In this document: positions 37,373 through 48,889 of the stretch, piece by piece | Position numbering within the stretch: the stretch's first letter is position 1 | How the letters are laid out: every line of letters starts with the position of its first letter | Assembly (NCBI GenBank): GCA_038087875.1 | Contig: CM075988.1 | Coordinates: 1,116,001-1,180,000, forward strand | From: Malacoraja senta | Lineage: Eukaryota | Length of the DNA: 64,000 nucleotides | Direction of reading: 5' to 3' | The notes under the pieces: model-generated | Database searches by the model: none | The model's input: only the letters and a program-made list of their open reading frames with translations | What the model was told of the DNA's origin: nothing | Made by a program: the position numbers and the translations under genes

Positions 37373-37934
37373 CTATCCTAGCGCATGAGCCGTGGTCGCC
37401 ATGTCACCATTGTATTTGCCTGTCGTTTCGAAGAGGAAAGATGTAGATGAGATATGCATGTGCCTTTAACATAGTGACCTCATACCTACTAACCACTCCC
37501 CATATCACAAGTATATCTACAACCTCCCCACCCACAGGTCGCTCTCTAGTTCCTGTGACAGACCACGTACAGCTAGTGCAATGTGTAATGCTCCAGTATG
37601 AATAAAGATAGTAAAGTAACGATGCCTCGTTATAGATTCTTTACAGGGCCTCTAAAATTAAAATTGGCCTGGACCTCAATTTATCTATGAGATGGCCTGA
37701 ATCTAGGTAAACGCCATCTACTGACTCTCCTTTGTCTGTTCTGCTATTTACTTCTTCAAAGAATTCCAGAAAATTTGTCAAGACCTTGACAGCATCTGGT
37801 TCATTTCGGTGTACAATGTTCATGTAGTGCTGGTAATCAATTTCAAACGTGGCCCAGCGTTCGCTGATATCCGCATCAAAGACAAGAGGGTCAGGCTTTC
37901 GACAAGAAGAAGCCATCGTAAAGCAAAGCAAAAC

Positions 37935-38810
37935 GCCCCAACCTCTCTTTGAACCCCTGAGGCTGAATGGGCAGACAGTTGAGCAGGTAGAGGCCTTTAG
38001 ATACCTGGGCACAGAGATTGACACCCGCCTGTCCTTCTCCCAGCACACAGACTCTGTGTACAAGAAGGCACAGCAACACCTGTTCCTGCTGAGGAAACTC
38101 AGGAGATTTGATGTCAGACAGGACATTTTAACAGCTGTCTATAAATCACTTATAGAATCTGTACTCACCTTTAACGTCTGAAGAAGGGTTTCGGCCCGAA
38201 ACGTTACCTATTTCCTTCGCTCCATAGATGCTGCTGCACCCGCTGAGTTTCTCCAGCATTTTTGTGTACCTTTAACATCACATCCTGGTTCACCCTCACC
38301 TCTGTCAAAGACAAATCAAAGCTTACCCGGATCATCAATCAAGCAAGCAAAATAACTGGCAAAACTCAAAATCAATTATCAGTACTTCACACCCAGGCAG
38401 TTAAAAGGAAAGCCAACCTCATTACACAGGATCCCACCCACCCCCTGCACAAGTCCTTCCAACTTCTGCCATCAGGCCGCCGATATAAAGTCCCCCTATC
38501 TAAGAAAAACATCCACAAAAACTCATTCATACCCATTGCCATAAACAGCTTAAATAAAAAATGAACAATGGACAAATTAACCCTGACGCACTGTCACTTT
38601 ACACGTATCCACAACTTTCAACTTGTCTATTTTTACAGTTTTTAATCCTTATACTTGCTTTTAAGATCTATACACACGGTGTGTGCTCGCAGAAATCTGT
38701 GTTGTATGACTGCTTATCAGTACATTGTCCTGTTTGTATGTTGAGCCACGCCAAAGAAGATTTTCTGTTACGACAGAGAATAAAGTTTTCTGAATCTGAA
38801 TCTGAATCTG
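37935..38810 (+). mobile_element. Rex1/Babar-like LINE 3' fragment
   Basis: VEQVEAFRYLG...KKAQQHLFLLRKL...LIESVLTF; HPLH..FQLLPSGRRY...NSFIP.AI..LN. (TCTGAA)n tail and TSD AAAAC at 37930-37934 and 38811-38815. Confidence 0.85.
38176..38208 (+). ncRNA. Minimal hammerhead ribozyme motif at the 5' end of a 92-bp Penelope-derived element (38176-38267)
   Basis: GT-CTGAAGA-A-GGGT[TTCG]GCCC-GAAA-CG-TT-AC: complete core, helix II with a UUCG loop, self-complementary AACGTT helix III. 9-bp TSD ACCTTTAAC at 38167-38175 and 38268-38276. Confidence 0.75.
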
Positions 38811-41800
38811 AAAACTCACAAAAGATAAAATAAAAAACGTTTACAAGAGGAGTGGATAATCCCACTTCTGACACCACGTAGACAAGCACCTGAGACAGTA
38901 TATGATTTAAACACATCTTTAATCAGCACTGTAACTTGGCAGCATTTAAAGACAAGGTGTTGTCAGTTCATCCTAGCTGCTCAGACTGACGGTGCTGGGA
39001 ATGGGCGTTAGTATAAATGTTATAGTGGGGTGGAGTTAGTGATGCTGGTTAAGTGTGATTGGTTCACATGCATCATCTATCTACATCCTTCCCCCTAAAG
39101 ATTAAATGTGGAAAGGAAGTGTATTAAACATACTCGCCATACCTGTCTGGTGGTCTACTAACACGGCCCGAGCACGTGCGGACCCAACCATCCCCTCCCT
39201 CCATTGAAGGATTAGGCGGAGAGGCTGAACGTGAAAATCGCACGGGAGAGGCTTGTGGTGACCGAGAGGGGAAACATGCGGTAGGTGTAACCCTGTGGTT
39301 AGTGGAGACCGAGGGACGTGAGGGGGTGCAAGGCATGCGGGGACGGGCGGGAGACATTGCGAAAGGCGGCTGGAACTGGAGCGGCGGAGCATAGGGATCA
39401 GCAGGCGGTGGTCGGGGCTCCTTTACAGCAAGCAGGTGTTGTCGACTTCTCCGGTATACCGCTCCCTCACAGTCCACAAGGTACGATCGTGGCTCATCAG
39501 TCGGGTGTACAACAACGCCCAGACGAGAAGTTGAAGTTCGTAGACGGACGACCTGGCCCGGCAGTAGAGGCTGGAGTGGTCTGCTGGAACTGTCGTATGA
39601 CCGTTTCTGGATGTCGTGCTTCTCTTGGAGATGTTGCTGGATAGTGGCGGGCTTCAGCATCCGAGGGACCAGCTGCTGTTGTGCGATGGGGACCGGAGAC
39701 CTCGTCACTCTCGACAGCAGCCGCTGTGCTGGTGACCCCAAGGTTTCGTCTCTGGCGATGTTTCTGAGATTCAGGAGATCGAGATAGACGTCTGACTTTG
39801 AAATGCGCGCTCCCTCCAGCAAGTGCTTGGCGCTTCTGACAGCGCGTTCAGCGAGTCCATTACTCTGTGGATACTCGGGACTGCTTGTGATGTGCTGGAA
39901 GTTCCATCGGTCTGCAAAAAGCTTGAACATGTGGCTGGTGAACTGCCGACCGTTGACGGTTCTCACCATAACAGGAGCGCCATAGGCTGAGAAGTGTCTT
40001 TTCAGCTTCTTGATGACCATCTCAGACGTGAGGGAGGTCAGTTGGTCAAGTTCAAACCAGTTGGAAAAATAGTCGACCAGAACGAGGTAGTGCTTACCGC
40101 ACCATTCGAAAATGTCCGCAGCCAGCGACGACCAAGGCAGTGCTGGTAGAGGTTGTTGCAGAAGGGGTTGCCGCTGCTGATGAGGTGCAGGATTGTTGCA
40201 AGTGGGGCAGGAGGCTATACGGTCCCGGATGTACGTGGCCATTCCCGGCCAGTAGAACAGATCCCTGGCGCGTGCCAGTGTGGAGTCGGCTCCTGGGTGA
40301 CCGCTGTGTGCCTCTTTGAAGTATTCGTCTTGTAGTGATGAAGGTATCACTACCTTGTGACCCTTAATGACCACACCATCCTGAACCACCAGTTCATCAC
40401 GGACCAAGAAGTACGGCTGCACCTCTGTGGGCGTGTTGGATTGTTTGTCTGGCCAGCCTGTTTTGATGATGGATGAAGCATATCATCATTGGCAGTGTGC
40501 GCGACCAGGATGCGCAGTTGCTTACTGGAGATGAGATCGACACCGAGAACCGTGAAATTCTCCCGTTCATGGGGGTGTTGTTCGCAAGATGCTCGAGGTG
40601 CACGAGAGAGTGTGTCAGCCACATGCATGTCCTTACCCTTTGTGTAGGTAATAGAGAAGTCGTACCGCTGCAGCTGCATCATCATGCGCTGCAAGCGAGC
40701 TGGCGCGGCATGGATGGGCTTGCTCAGGATTGTCACCAGTGGTTGGTGGTCCGTCTCGTCCATGAATGTGTTGCCATGGACGAAGTCGTGGGATTTGGAG
40801 CAGGCAAAGACAACAGCCAGCAGTTCCTTTTCGATTTGCGCGTAGTGCTGCTCTGTGTCGGTCATTGTGCGAGAGGCATACGCGACAGGTAGTAGGGTGC
40901 CATCATCAGATGGTTGCAAACAGGCTGCGCCGAGCCCGAATTTCGAGGCATCGCAGGTGATCGCCACCGGACTTTTCAGGTCGAAAAAAGTCAGGGTCGG
41001 TGCATTGGTCCGTTTGGATTTTAGAACATCAAAGGCATCCTGGTGTTGCTGGAACCATGACCATGCAGTGTCTTTTTTGGTCAGCTGCCGCAGTGTGGAG
41101 CTTAGCTCGCTGAGGTTCGGTATGAACTTTCCGAGATAGTTTACCATGCCCAGGAAACGTTGCAGGCCTTTCACTTCAGTGGGTGCAGGCATTTCTGTGA
41201 TGGTAGTAGTTTCTTCGGATCGGGTTTGAGGCCATCAGGGGTGAAGATGTGGTCGACATAGGAGACCACTGGAACCCTGAACTTGCACTTGTCAGGATTG
41301 AGCTTGAGGTTGATTTTGACAGCAAGATGGGCCTGAGATTGTGGTCGTGTTCCGCTGCGTCTTTCTCATAGATGAGGATATCGTCGACAATAATGGCACA
41401 AGGCAGATCCTCGAATAATTGCTCCATAGTTCTTTGGAAGACTTCACTGGCGGAGTTGATCCCGAATGGCATTCTCAGAAACTTATATCTGCCGAATGGG
41501 GTGGCAAATGTGGTGAGGTTAGATGACTTCTTGTCCAGCGGTATCTGCCAGAATGAGTTCTTTGCATCTAGGACAGAAAATAGGGTGGCCGTTCCGATCT
41601 TTGCCGCAACATCCTCTACTGTCTTCATGGGATGGTGTGGGCGCTTAATGGCAGTGTTCAGGTCTTTGGGATTAATGCACAGGCGGATTTCATTCTTTCC
41701 CTTCTTGACTGTGGCAATCATGGTTGAGACCCAGTCGGTGGGGTCACTGACTGCTTCAATTACGCCTTTGGAGACCATGTCCTTCAGCATAGAGTGAACC

Positions 41801-41888
41801 CTGTCAGTCATGGCAAATGACAATCGGTGCGGGGGTCGGATGACGGGTGTCACATCGGGGTCAGTAATAATCTTGTAGGACCCAGGCA

Positions 41889-41973
41889 ACTGAATGAATT
41901 CCCTGGTCTCTTCGACAACGACCCAGGCAACTTGCCTGGGTTGTTGTCGAAGAGACCAGGGAATTCATTCAGT
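41889..41973. repeat. Near-perfect 85-bp palindrome (fold-back duplication) in Gypsy #3 pol
   Basis: 42-nt arms at 41889-41930 and 41932-41973 with one mismatch and a 1-nt centre. Confidence 0.95.
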
Positions 41974-43358
41974 GGGTCAAAAGAAATTTGCAGTTTGTGG
42001 ACAGTTTTGTCAAAGGAAATTAGCCCCAGTTCCTGACAGGCACGATTGCCAAGCAGAGTAACTGAATTAAAGTTCAAGACATAGAAGGTCAATTCCCTCG
42101 TTGTTTTCTTTAGTACACATTTCAAGTTGGTTTTGCCCAGGGGAACCAGCACCTCCCCTCCAAAAGCATGTAAAGTGGATGTGTCCTTGACAAGTGGCTC
42201 GCTAGCTCTAATCTTGTTAAAGAGGTTGATTGACATAGTGTTGACTTTCGCGCCCGTATCTAATTTTCGTGCCAAAAGCAACATTGTTTACAGATATCGT
42301 CACTGTAGGATCAGAATTCTTGGCAGCAGCATGCTGTAACGTGTAAACAGTCGGATCATCTTGCGAGTTAATTGGGCTGTATTCAAGGGCGGTTTTGGGC
42401 TGGAAATGGGGAGGCAGTATGTTGCTGTCTCGTTGCAAAAAATTGAGATTAGACTTGGGACTGGGCGCATTCTTTCCTCAGGCCCTAATTGCAGCCCGGC
42501 AGACTGAGGCAAAGTGATTTAGCTTTTTGCAGTAATTGCAAGCCTTCCCCAGGGCGGGGCAGGCTGACTGTCTGTTGTGTAGATAGCCGCAGTTAGGACA
42601 TCTCTTCGGAGGACCGCTGTGAACTGCCTGACTAGCTTGGGTCATAAATCAGCTGTTATCTGTGTATGTCCGCTGCCTAGTGAGGCCCGTCAGATTGATG
42701 GTTTTGCTTTCATGCGAAATGTCTATGGGATAAATCTGGCCTTCTCAGGAGCTCTGATCTGAGCTTTTGATCGGTAATGCCATTTACTAAAATGTCCCTC
42801 GTTAACTGATCAGTCAACTGATCAACCGGCATATCCTGGAATCGGCAACGTTGGTCTAAATACATCAATGATGAAATAAATGAGTCAACTCGTTCCCCGG
42901 GAAGCTGACGACGAGAGAAAAACCTTGCCCTGTCCAAAATATGATTTGAGGGCAGGTCACAGATCTGGGTTAGTTTACGCAGCAAAACATTAGGGTCAGT
43001 AGGAGATTCCACCGGTGTAATTACCTGGTCATTGGCATCACGGATAGCCGGAGCATAATGGAATGTTCTGGATCGACGAAGGGCATCTGGGCCCGCAAGG
43101 TTGAGCAGGAGCGAGGCCTTGGCAGCATCTGGTTCATTTCGGTGTGCAATGTTCATATAGTGCTGGTAATCAATTTCAAACGTGGCCCAGCGTTCGCTGA
43201 TATCCGCATCAAAGACAAGAGGGTCAGGCTTTCGACAAGAAGCCATCGTAAGGTAAAGCAAAATTCACAAAAGATAAAATAAAAACCGTTATACAAGAGG
43301 ACTGGATAATCCCACTTCTGACACCATGTAGACAAGCACCTGAGACAGTATATGATTT

Positions 43359-43700
43359 TTTAATTTTTTTTAATTTTTTTTATTAGAAGTATTGTACAGT
43401 ACAGTGATCTCAAACAAACATAAAATTATACTTTTCTTGTAGCACTTCTTATTTTAATCTTTAATAAGAAAAAGGATAGAAAGAGTTAGCAAAGACAGTA
43501 AGTGAGTGATTGAAAGAGTGGTCCAGGAACACCCATAGGGACCTAAACCACAAGAGAGAGTTAAACAAAAAGGAAAAACCAAAAGAAGGAAAAAGAAATA
43601 AAAAGTGAGATAAGATAGGACAAGATATAAGGGATGTACATACTTCATATCTTTACTCACCCCTCACCAGGTCCTGTAACCATTTATTATCAACATTTTG
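43359..43700 (-). mobile_element. L1/Tx1-type 3' UTR fragment with poly(A) tail, inserted into the Gypsy #3 5' LTR
   Basis: T-rich tail at the left end; 15-bp TSD GACAGTATATGATTT at 43344-43358 and 43701-43715; TTT/AAA target resembling the L1 endonuclease site. Confidence 0.8.
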
Positions 43701-44149
43701 GACAGTATATGATTTAAACACATCAGCACTGTAACTTGGCAGCATTTAAAGACAAGGTGTTGTCAGTTCATCCTAGCTGCTCAGACTGACGGTGCTGGGA
43801 ATGGGCGTTAGTATAAATGTTATAGTGGGGTGGAGTTAGTGATGCTGGCTAAGTGTGATTGGTTCACATGCATCATCTATCCACAGTTTTGGGGCCTCTA
43901 AAATTGAAATTGGCCTGGACCTCAGTTTATCTATGAGATGGCCTGAATCTAGGTAAACGCCATCTACTGACTCTCCTTTGTCTGTTCTGCTATTTACTTC
44001 TTCAAAGAATTCCAGAAAATTTGTCAAGACATCCCCTTCACAAAGAAATGGTGACTTTTGCCTATTTTATCATGAATTTCCAAGTACTCTGTTACCTCAT
44101 CCTTTATAATGGACTAAAATCTTACCAACCATCGAAGTAAGACTAACAA

Positions 44150-45612
44150 TTACAATCACAATCATAATAATACTTTATTAGTCAAGTATGTTTTGCAACA
44201 TGCGAGAAATTTCATTTGCCAAGTTAGTCACACAAATAAAATGTAACAGACCACACAAAACACATTTTAACATAAACATCCACCACAGTGACTCCTCCAC
44301 ATTCCTCACTGTGATGGGAGGAGAAATATAATTCAAATCTCTTCCCTTCTGTGTTCTCCCACGGTCGGGGGCCTCGAGCTCTCCGTTGACGGTACGATCT
44401 TGACTCGCGTAGCCGGCGGTGTTTGGGCGCTCAGCATTGGGGCGATCAGCATCGGGGGGATGTCAGCTCCTCAGCGCCGGCGATCAGTCTCCGGGTCGGG
44501 GCTGGTCGTGCCTCGGCATCATTGGAGCTTCCCGACTCGGCCTCTCCCGAGTGCAAGCTCTTGATGGTAAGTCCGCAGGCCGCGGTTGGAGCAATCCCAG
44601 GCAAGGGATCAGCTCCGATGCTAAGTCCAGGCTCCGCAGTGGGGCTCAAGTCAGTCCAAGGAGGCCTCCAGCTCCAACAATAGTAGGCTGGAGATGGGAA
44701 ACATCGCATCTCCGGCAAGGTAAGAAACTGAAAAAAAAGTTTCCTCCGACCCCTCCCCCCACATAAAACAAACCAGAGAACATTTACACAACCGGCCTAT
44801 AGTTCCCATTATTCTGCTTTGCTCCCCACGTGCAGTGGGGTAATATTAATCATCATCGGTGTGTCAGTCATTTCGACTTTTTTTGTTTTTTTAGTATGTC
44901 TAAATGTACGTGTTAATGTTTCTCGGTATGTTTTTATTGGGGGGTGGTGGGGGGGAATGGGGGAAAACCGTTTCCAGTCACTTACCTCGGCGGAGATGCA
45001 ACTTTCTCCTGGTGGCATTTTTGCCTCCTCCACGGCCTAACAACTTGGATTGGTGCGGCCTTTCCCGGAGACGGCCAGGCAGGCGCGGCGCAGACTTCAA
45101 TCGAGGAGCCAGATGAAAGGCACCGACCGCCGGCCTGCTGACTTTAACATCGTGAAGCCGCGGTCCACGGAGCTACTAGCAGCAGGCGTGGAGCGGACTT
45201 TACCATCACGGAGCCAGGGATCCCTTGCCGGGGATCGTCGGAGAAGAGCTTCAACCACTGGCCTGCCTGCGGCCTATAACATCGAGAAGCCGCGGTCTCT
45301 GGTAAGAAAGTGGCCGATTCGGGCACTCCAAGCCACAGAGTGTGTTTCATCCGTCCCGACGTCAGAGCTTCGATCATCCCGACGAGAGGGCTTGTACATC
45401 GGGCCGTCCGTAGCGGCGAATACGGAGGGTCAAGGCCCCAAACACGGGTGAACAAAAGGAGGAAGACTGACTGAACTTTATTGCCTTCCATCACAGTGAT
45501 CACTATGGTGGATGTTCATGTTAGGTGCTAGTGTTCTTTTAATTGTATGGCTGCATGTAACTCAAATATCACTGTACCTTAATTGGTGCAGGTGACAATA
45601 AATGTGAATCTG
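44150..45612. mobile_element. Two GC-rich non-autonomous retroposons (minus strand ~44150-44790; plus strand ~44850-45612) inserted into CR1 family C
   Basis: Short tandem tails (acaatcacaatc; tgaatctgaat) with AATAAA, GC-rich non-coding bodies, and CR1 sequence resuming between and after them. Confidence 0.6.
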
Positions 45613-47794
45613 AATATTGGTAATTTTCCAATCATCTGGGACCTCTCCTTTCTCTAGTGATTCTTGAAATATCACTGTCAATGCCTCCACAATCTCTAAA
45701 GCCACCTCTTTCAGAACCCTAGGGTGCAGTCCATTCACCCAGGCCTTCTTCTTCTTGCGTATGGCGTACACAGCCTAAAGTTGGAGGACAATTTGTTCTA
45801 TTTGATCTTATTTGATTGAGCATACCAGGTTCATTGCATTTGTCGAAACAGGTTGCAAGGTTGCAATCTCCCACCCCCCAACCCAAGTGACTTAACCACA
45901 TTCAGCCATTTCAGCTTCCCAAGCACCTTCTCCTTTGTAATAGATGTTCCACAATCTTCCACCCCCTGACTCTCTTGAATTTCAGGAACGTTGCTGGTCT
46001 CTTCCACTGTGAAGACTGATGCAAAAAAGTTATTCAACTCCTCTGCCATTTCTTCATTCCCCATTATCACTTCTCCTGCATCATTCTCCAGCGGCCCAAC
46101 GTCCACTCTTGCCTCTTTCCTACTCTTTGTATAACTGAAAAAACTCTTGCTATCATTTTTTATATTATTGGCTAGCTTCCCTTCGTATTTCATCTTTTCT
46201 CCCGTATTGCCTTTTTAGTTACCTTCTGTTGTTCTTTAAAAGCTTCCCAATCCTCCTGCTTCCCACTAATCTTTGCTATGTTATTGTCTTCCCTTTTAGT
46301 TTTATACTGTCCTTGACTTCCCTTTGCAGCCACAGTTGCCTCTTTCTCCCCTTAGATCTTTCTTCCTCTTTGGAATGAAAAGATCCTGCATCTTCCAGAT
46401 TATTCCCAGAAATTCCTGCCACCATCACCCCTGGTAGGGTCCCTTTCCAGTCAACTTTGGCCTGCTCCTCCCTCATACCTCTGTAGTCCCCTTTGCCCAG
46501 CAATACCGACCCATCCAATTTCACCTTCTCCCTCTCAAATTGCAGATTAAAATGTATCATATTGTTGTCGCCACCTCCTAATTGTTCCTTTAATTTAAGT
46601 TCCCTTATCAAATCCGGTTCATTGCATAACACTAAATCTAGAATTGCCTTTTCCCTGGTTGGCTCCACTGCAAGCTGCTCTAAGAATCCATCACGGAGGC
46701 ACTCTACAAATTCCCTTTCTTGTGGTCCAGTACCAACCTGATTTACCCAGTCTACCTGCTTATAGAAATCCCCATGACACGGTAGCATTGCCTTTTTTAC
46801 ATGCCAATTTTATCACCTAATGTAACGTACCCTATACCCTGACTACTGTTTGGGGCCTGTAAATAACTCCTATTAGGGTATTTTTACCCGTACAATTTCT
46901 CAGCTCTATCAATAACGACTCCACATCTTCTGATCCCATGAGACCCCTCGCTAAGGATTGAATTTCATTCCTAACCAACAGAGTTACCCCACCCACTCTG
47001 CCCACCTGTCTATATTTCTGATAGGACTTATAACCCTGAATATTCAGCTCCCAGCTCCGATCCTCTAGCAGCCATGTCTCCGTAAGGCCTACAACATCAT
47101 ACCTGCCAATTTCCAACTGTGCTACTAGGTCTTCCACTTTGTTCCTTATGCTATGTGCATTCAAATATAATACCTTCAATTTGGTGTTGACCTCCCATCT
47201 CCTACAACCATCCCGATTTTACCCAACCTTACTCTCTTCCCCCTTTTTAAACTTTCTGTCCTGTTATTTCTGGAGATATCCGTGACTTTTTCTGCATTCT
47301 CTTTCCCATTAAATCCCCGCATAGGTCCAGGTTCAGGAACAGCCCCTTCCCTACAGCCATCAGGCTATTAAACACTATAACCTCCAAATAGGCTCCAAAC
47401 TATGTACATAGACAGTGGCATTGCTTTTGTCTTTTGTCACTATTATAGTTTGTTTGTTATTTTTATGTGTGTGTATATATATTATATATATAACCGTCTC
47501 CCCCACCTGGTTTGCCAGGTGAGGAGGGGGCTGTGGAGCCCCAGCAGGACCAAAAACAAGGCCTGTCAAAGGGCGGATGAGCTCCTAGCGAGCCAACGGC
47601 CATCCACACTTCAGTAGAAGTTGCGATCACTGTTGTACATAACATTGTAAGAAATGATGATAAAGCATACACACCAAAATCCGATACTTCCAGTGGCAGA
47701 TGTCCACAGGAACTGGAGGACAGAGATGTGTGGTGCGTCCGTCACCGTTCCCATTGGAAACCAGCACCACTGTGTCGCTAATGTTATATATATA

Positions 47795-48862
47795 TATAAC
47801 TAAAAGTCTGATCTAGTGTTTAAAAAATGTTGAGATTCTCTCTCCTGAAGGCCACGCCCCTTCCGGAGGGACTATAAAACCCGGAAGTGTTGAGTGCCTC
47901 AGTCAGTCTCTGCAAGATGGGGGAAGCGAGAGGGTCACGTCTCTCAGTCTGAGCTGTGAATAACACTGAACACATGTCTACTAAACACTGAACACATGTC
48001 TACTGTGAGTGGTCTTACTGACCTGTCAGTGCCCTTGAAAATATAGTTTGGAAATGCTAAAGCTGTGTTGCCTTTGGTTTGGAAATGCTAAAGCTGTGTT
48101 GCCTAATAAAAGTTGCCTTGCCTAATTAAAGTTGCCTTGCCTTCTATATAATTAAACGTCCAATCTTGACCACTTCCTGTTTGCGCTTTATATTGATTTT
48201 AGAAAAAACACTACCACGTACGGCTGTAATTTTTGGCCATCTTACTCAGAGTCCCCCTCCAATCATCAGGTGCCGAGGATTTTTCCCATCGATGAAAAAT
48301 AAGAGTTATTAGTGTTTAAAAAATGTTGAGATTCTCTCTCCTGTCAATCATGCCATGAAGACCATGCCCCTTCTGGTGGGAGGGACTATAAAACCCAGAA
48401 GTGTGGGCATGGCTCAGTCTCTGCAAGATGGAGGAGGTAGAGGTCACGACTCGCTGTCTTTAGTGGCCTTGTATCCTGCTTGAAATGGTATGAAACTGCA
48501 CTTGAATTTGGTGGCCTTGCACCCTGCTTGAATTGGTAAGAAACTGCACTTGAATTTGGTGGCCTTGCACCCTGCTTGAAATGGAATTTCAAGGAATAGC
48601 CGTGAGTCAACTGCCAGCCCACCAGCCGTGAGTGAATGAGCTGCCAGCACAACAGGCTTGGGTGACTGAGCCGCCAGCCCAAGAATCCATTTGGCCCACA
48701 ATGTCCATACTAGCCCTCTGGAAACCAGTCCCTTCAGCCCACAACACCCATTCTAGCGCTCCAGAAAGCCCCCTCCCCACTGGCCACCAATATTGGAATT
48801 GGTGTAGAGGTGGACTATTGCATTGGGGGACCAGCCCTCCCGTGTGAAGCTGGGACCCAACA
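47795..48862 (+). mobile_element. Non-autonomous Helitron-like element in a (TA)n site, with internal duplications
   Basis: TCTATATAATTAAA-type start also recurs internally at ~48143. Duplicated blocks at ~47815-47945 and ~48310-48450. Ends in a truncated GC hairpin arm (gctgggacccaac). Related to 50626-51420. The class assignment is inference. Confidence 0.5.
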
Positions 48863-48889
48863 TATATATTTTATATATGTATGTATGTG

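Larger units (their letters stand above)
32899..37645 (+). mobile_element. Ty3/Gypsy (Mag-like) LTR retrotransposon #2, complete and very recent
   Basis: 204-bp LTRs at 32899-33102 and 37442-37645, identical by eye. 5-bp TSD GGGCC. PBS TGGTGTC at 33103; PPT gaagaggaaaga at 37430-37441. Confidence 0.98.
32813..37699. mobile_element. ~140-bp hAT-type MITE (32813-32898 and 37651-37699) hosting Gypsy #2
   Basis: CAGGCC...GGCCTG termini and 8-bp TSD AATCTAGG at 32805-32812 and 37700-37707. Confidence 0.85.
37783..43885 (-). mobile_element. Ty3/Gypsy (Mag-like) element #3, degenerate, followed by the start of a second tandem unit sharing its 3' LTR
   Basis: LTRs at 43327-43885 (with an L1 insert) and 38877-39085. 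PBS next to both LTRs (43308-43326 and 38858-38876) is complementary to the tRNA-Leu(CAA) 3' end (TGGTGTCAGAAGTGGGATT). PPT at 39086-39096. Gag ATG at 43246; DTGA, IIVDD, YAQIEKE and SNGLAER in frameshifted ORFs ending at 39124. Second gag start at 37783-37934. Confidence 0.92.
31437..47320 (-). mobile_element. Older CR1 LINE (family C), originally near full-length ORF2, now fragmented by nested insertions; pieces at 31437-32812, 37700-37783, 43940-44150, 44790-44850 and 45612-47320
   Basis: gtcataaggtcat tail at 31437. RT ORF 32449-32877; VYLD|FQKAFDKVPH rejoins across the hAT TSD AATCTAGG. EN ORFs 46832-47179 (YLNAHSIRNK, TETW, YRP) and 46276-46788. Confidence 0.85.

Noticed and set aside
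36444..37388. 314-aa overlapping ORF and antisense ORFs in Gypsy #2
   Set aside because: Expected by-product of GC-rich, stop-poor coding sequence; no domain and no counterpart evident in elements #1 or #3.
43308..43326. tRNA-Leu gene
   Set aside because: Only the 19-nt 3' end including CCA is present, adjacent to an LTR; it is a primer-binding site.
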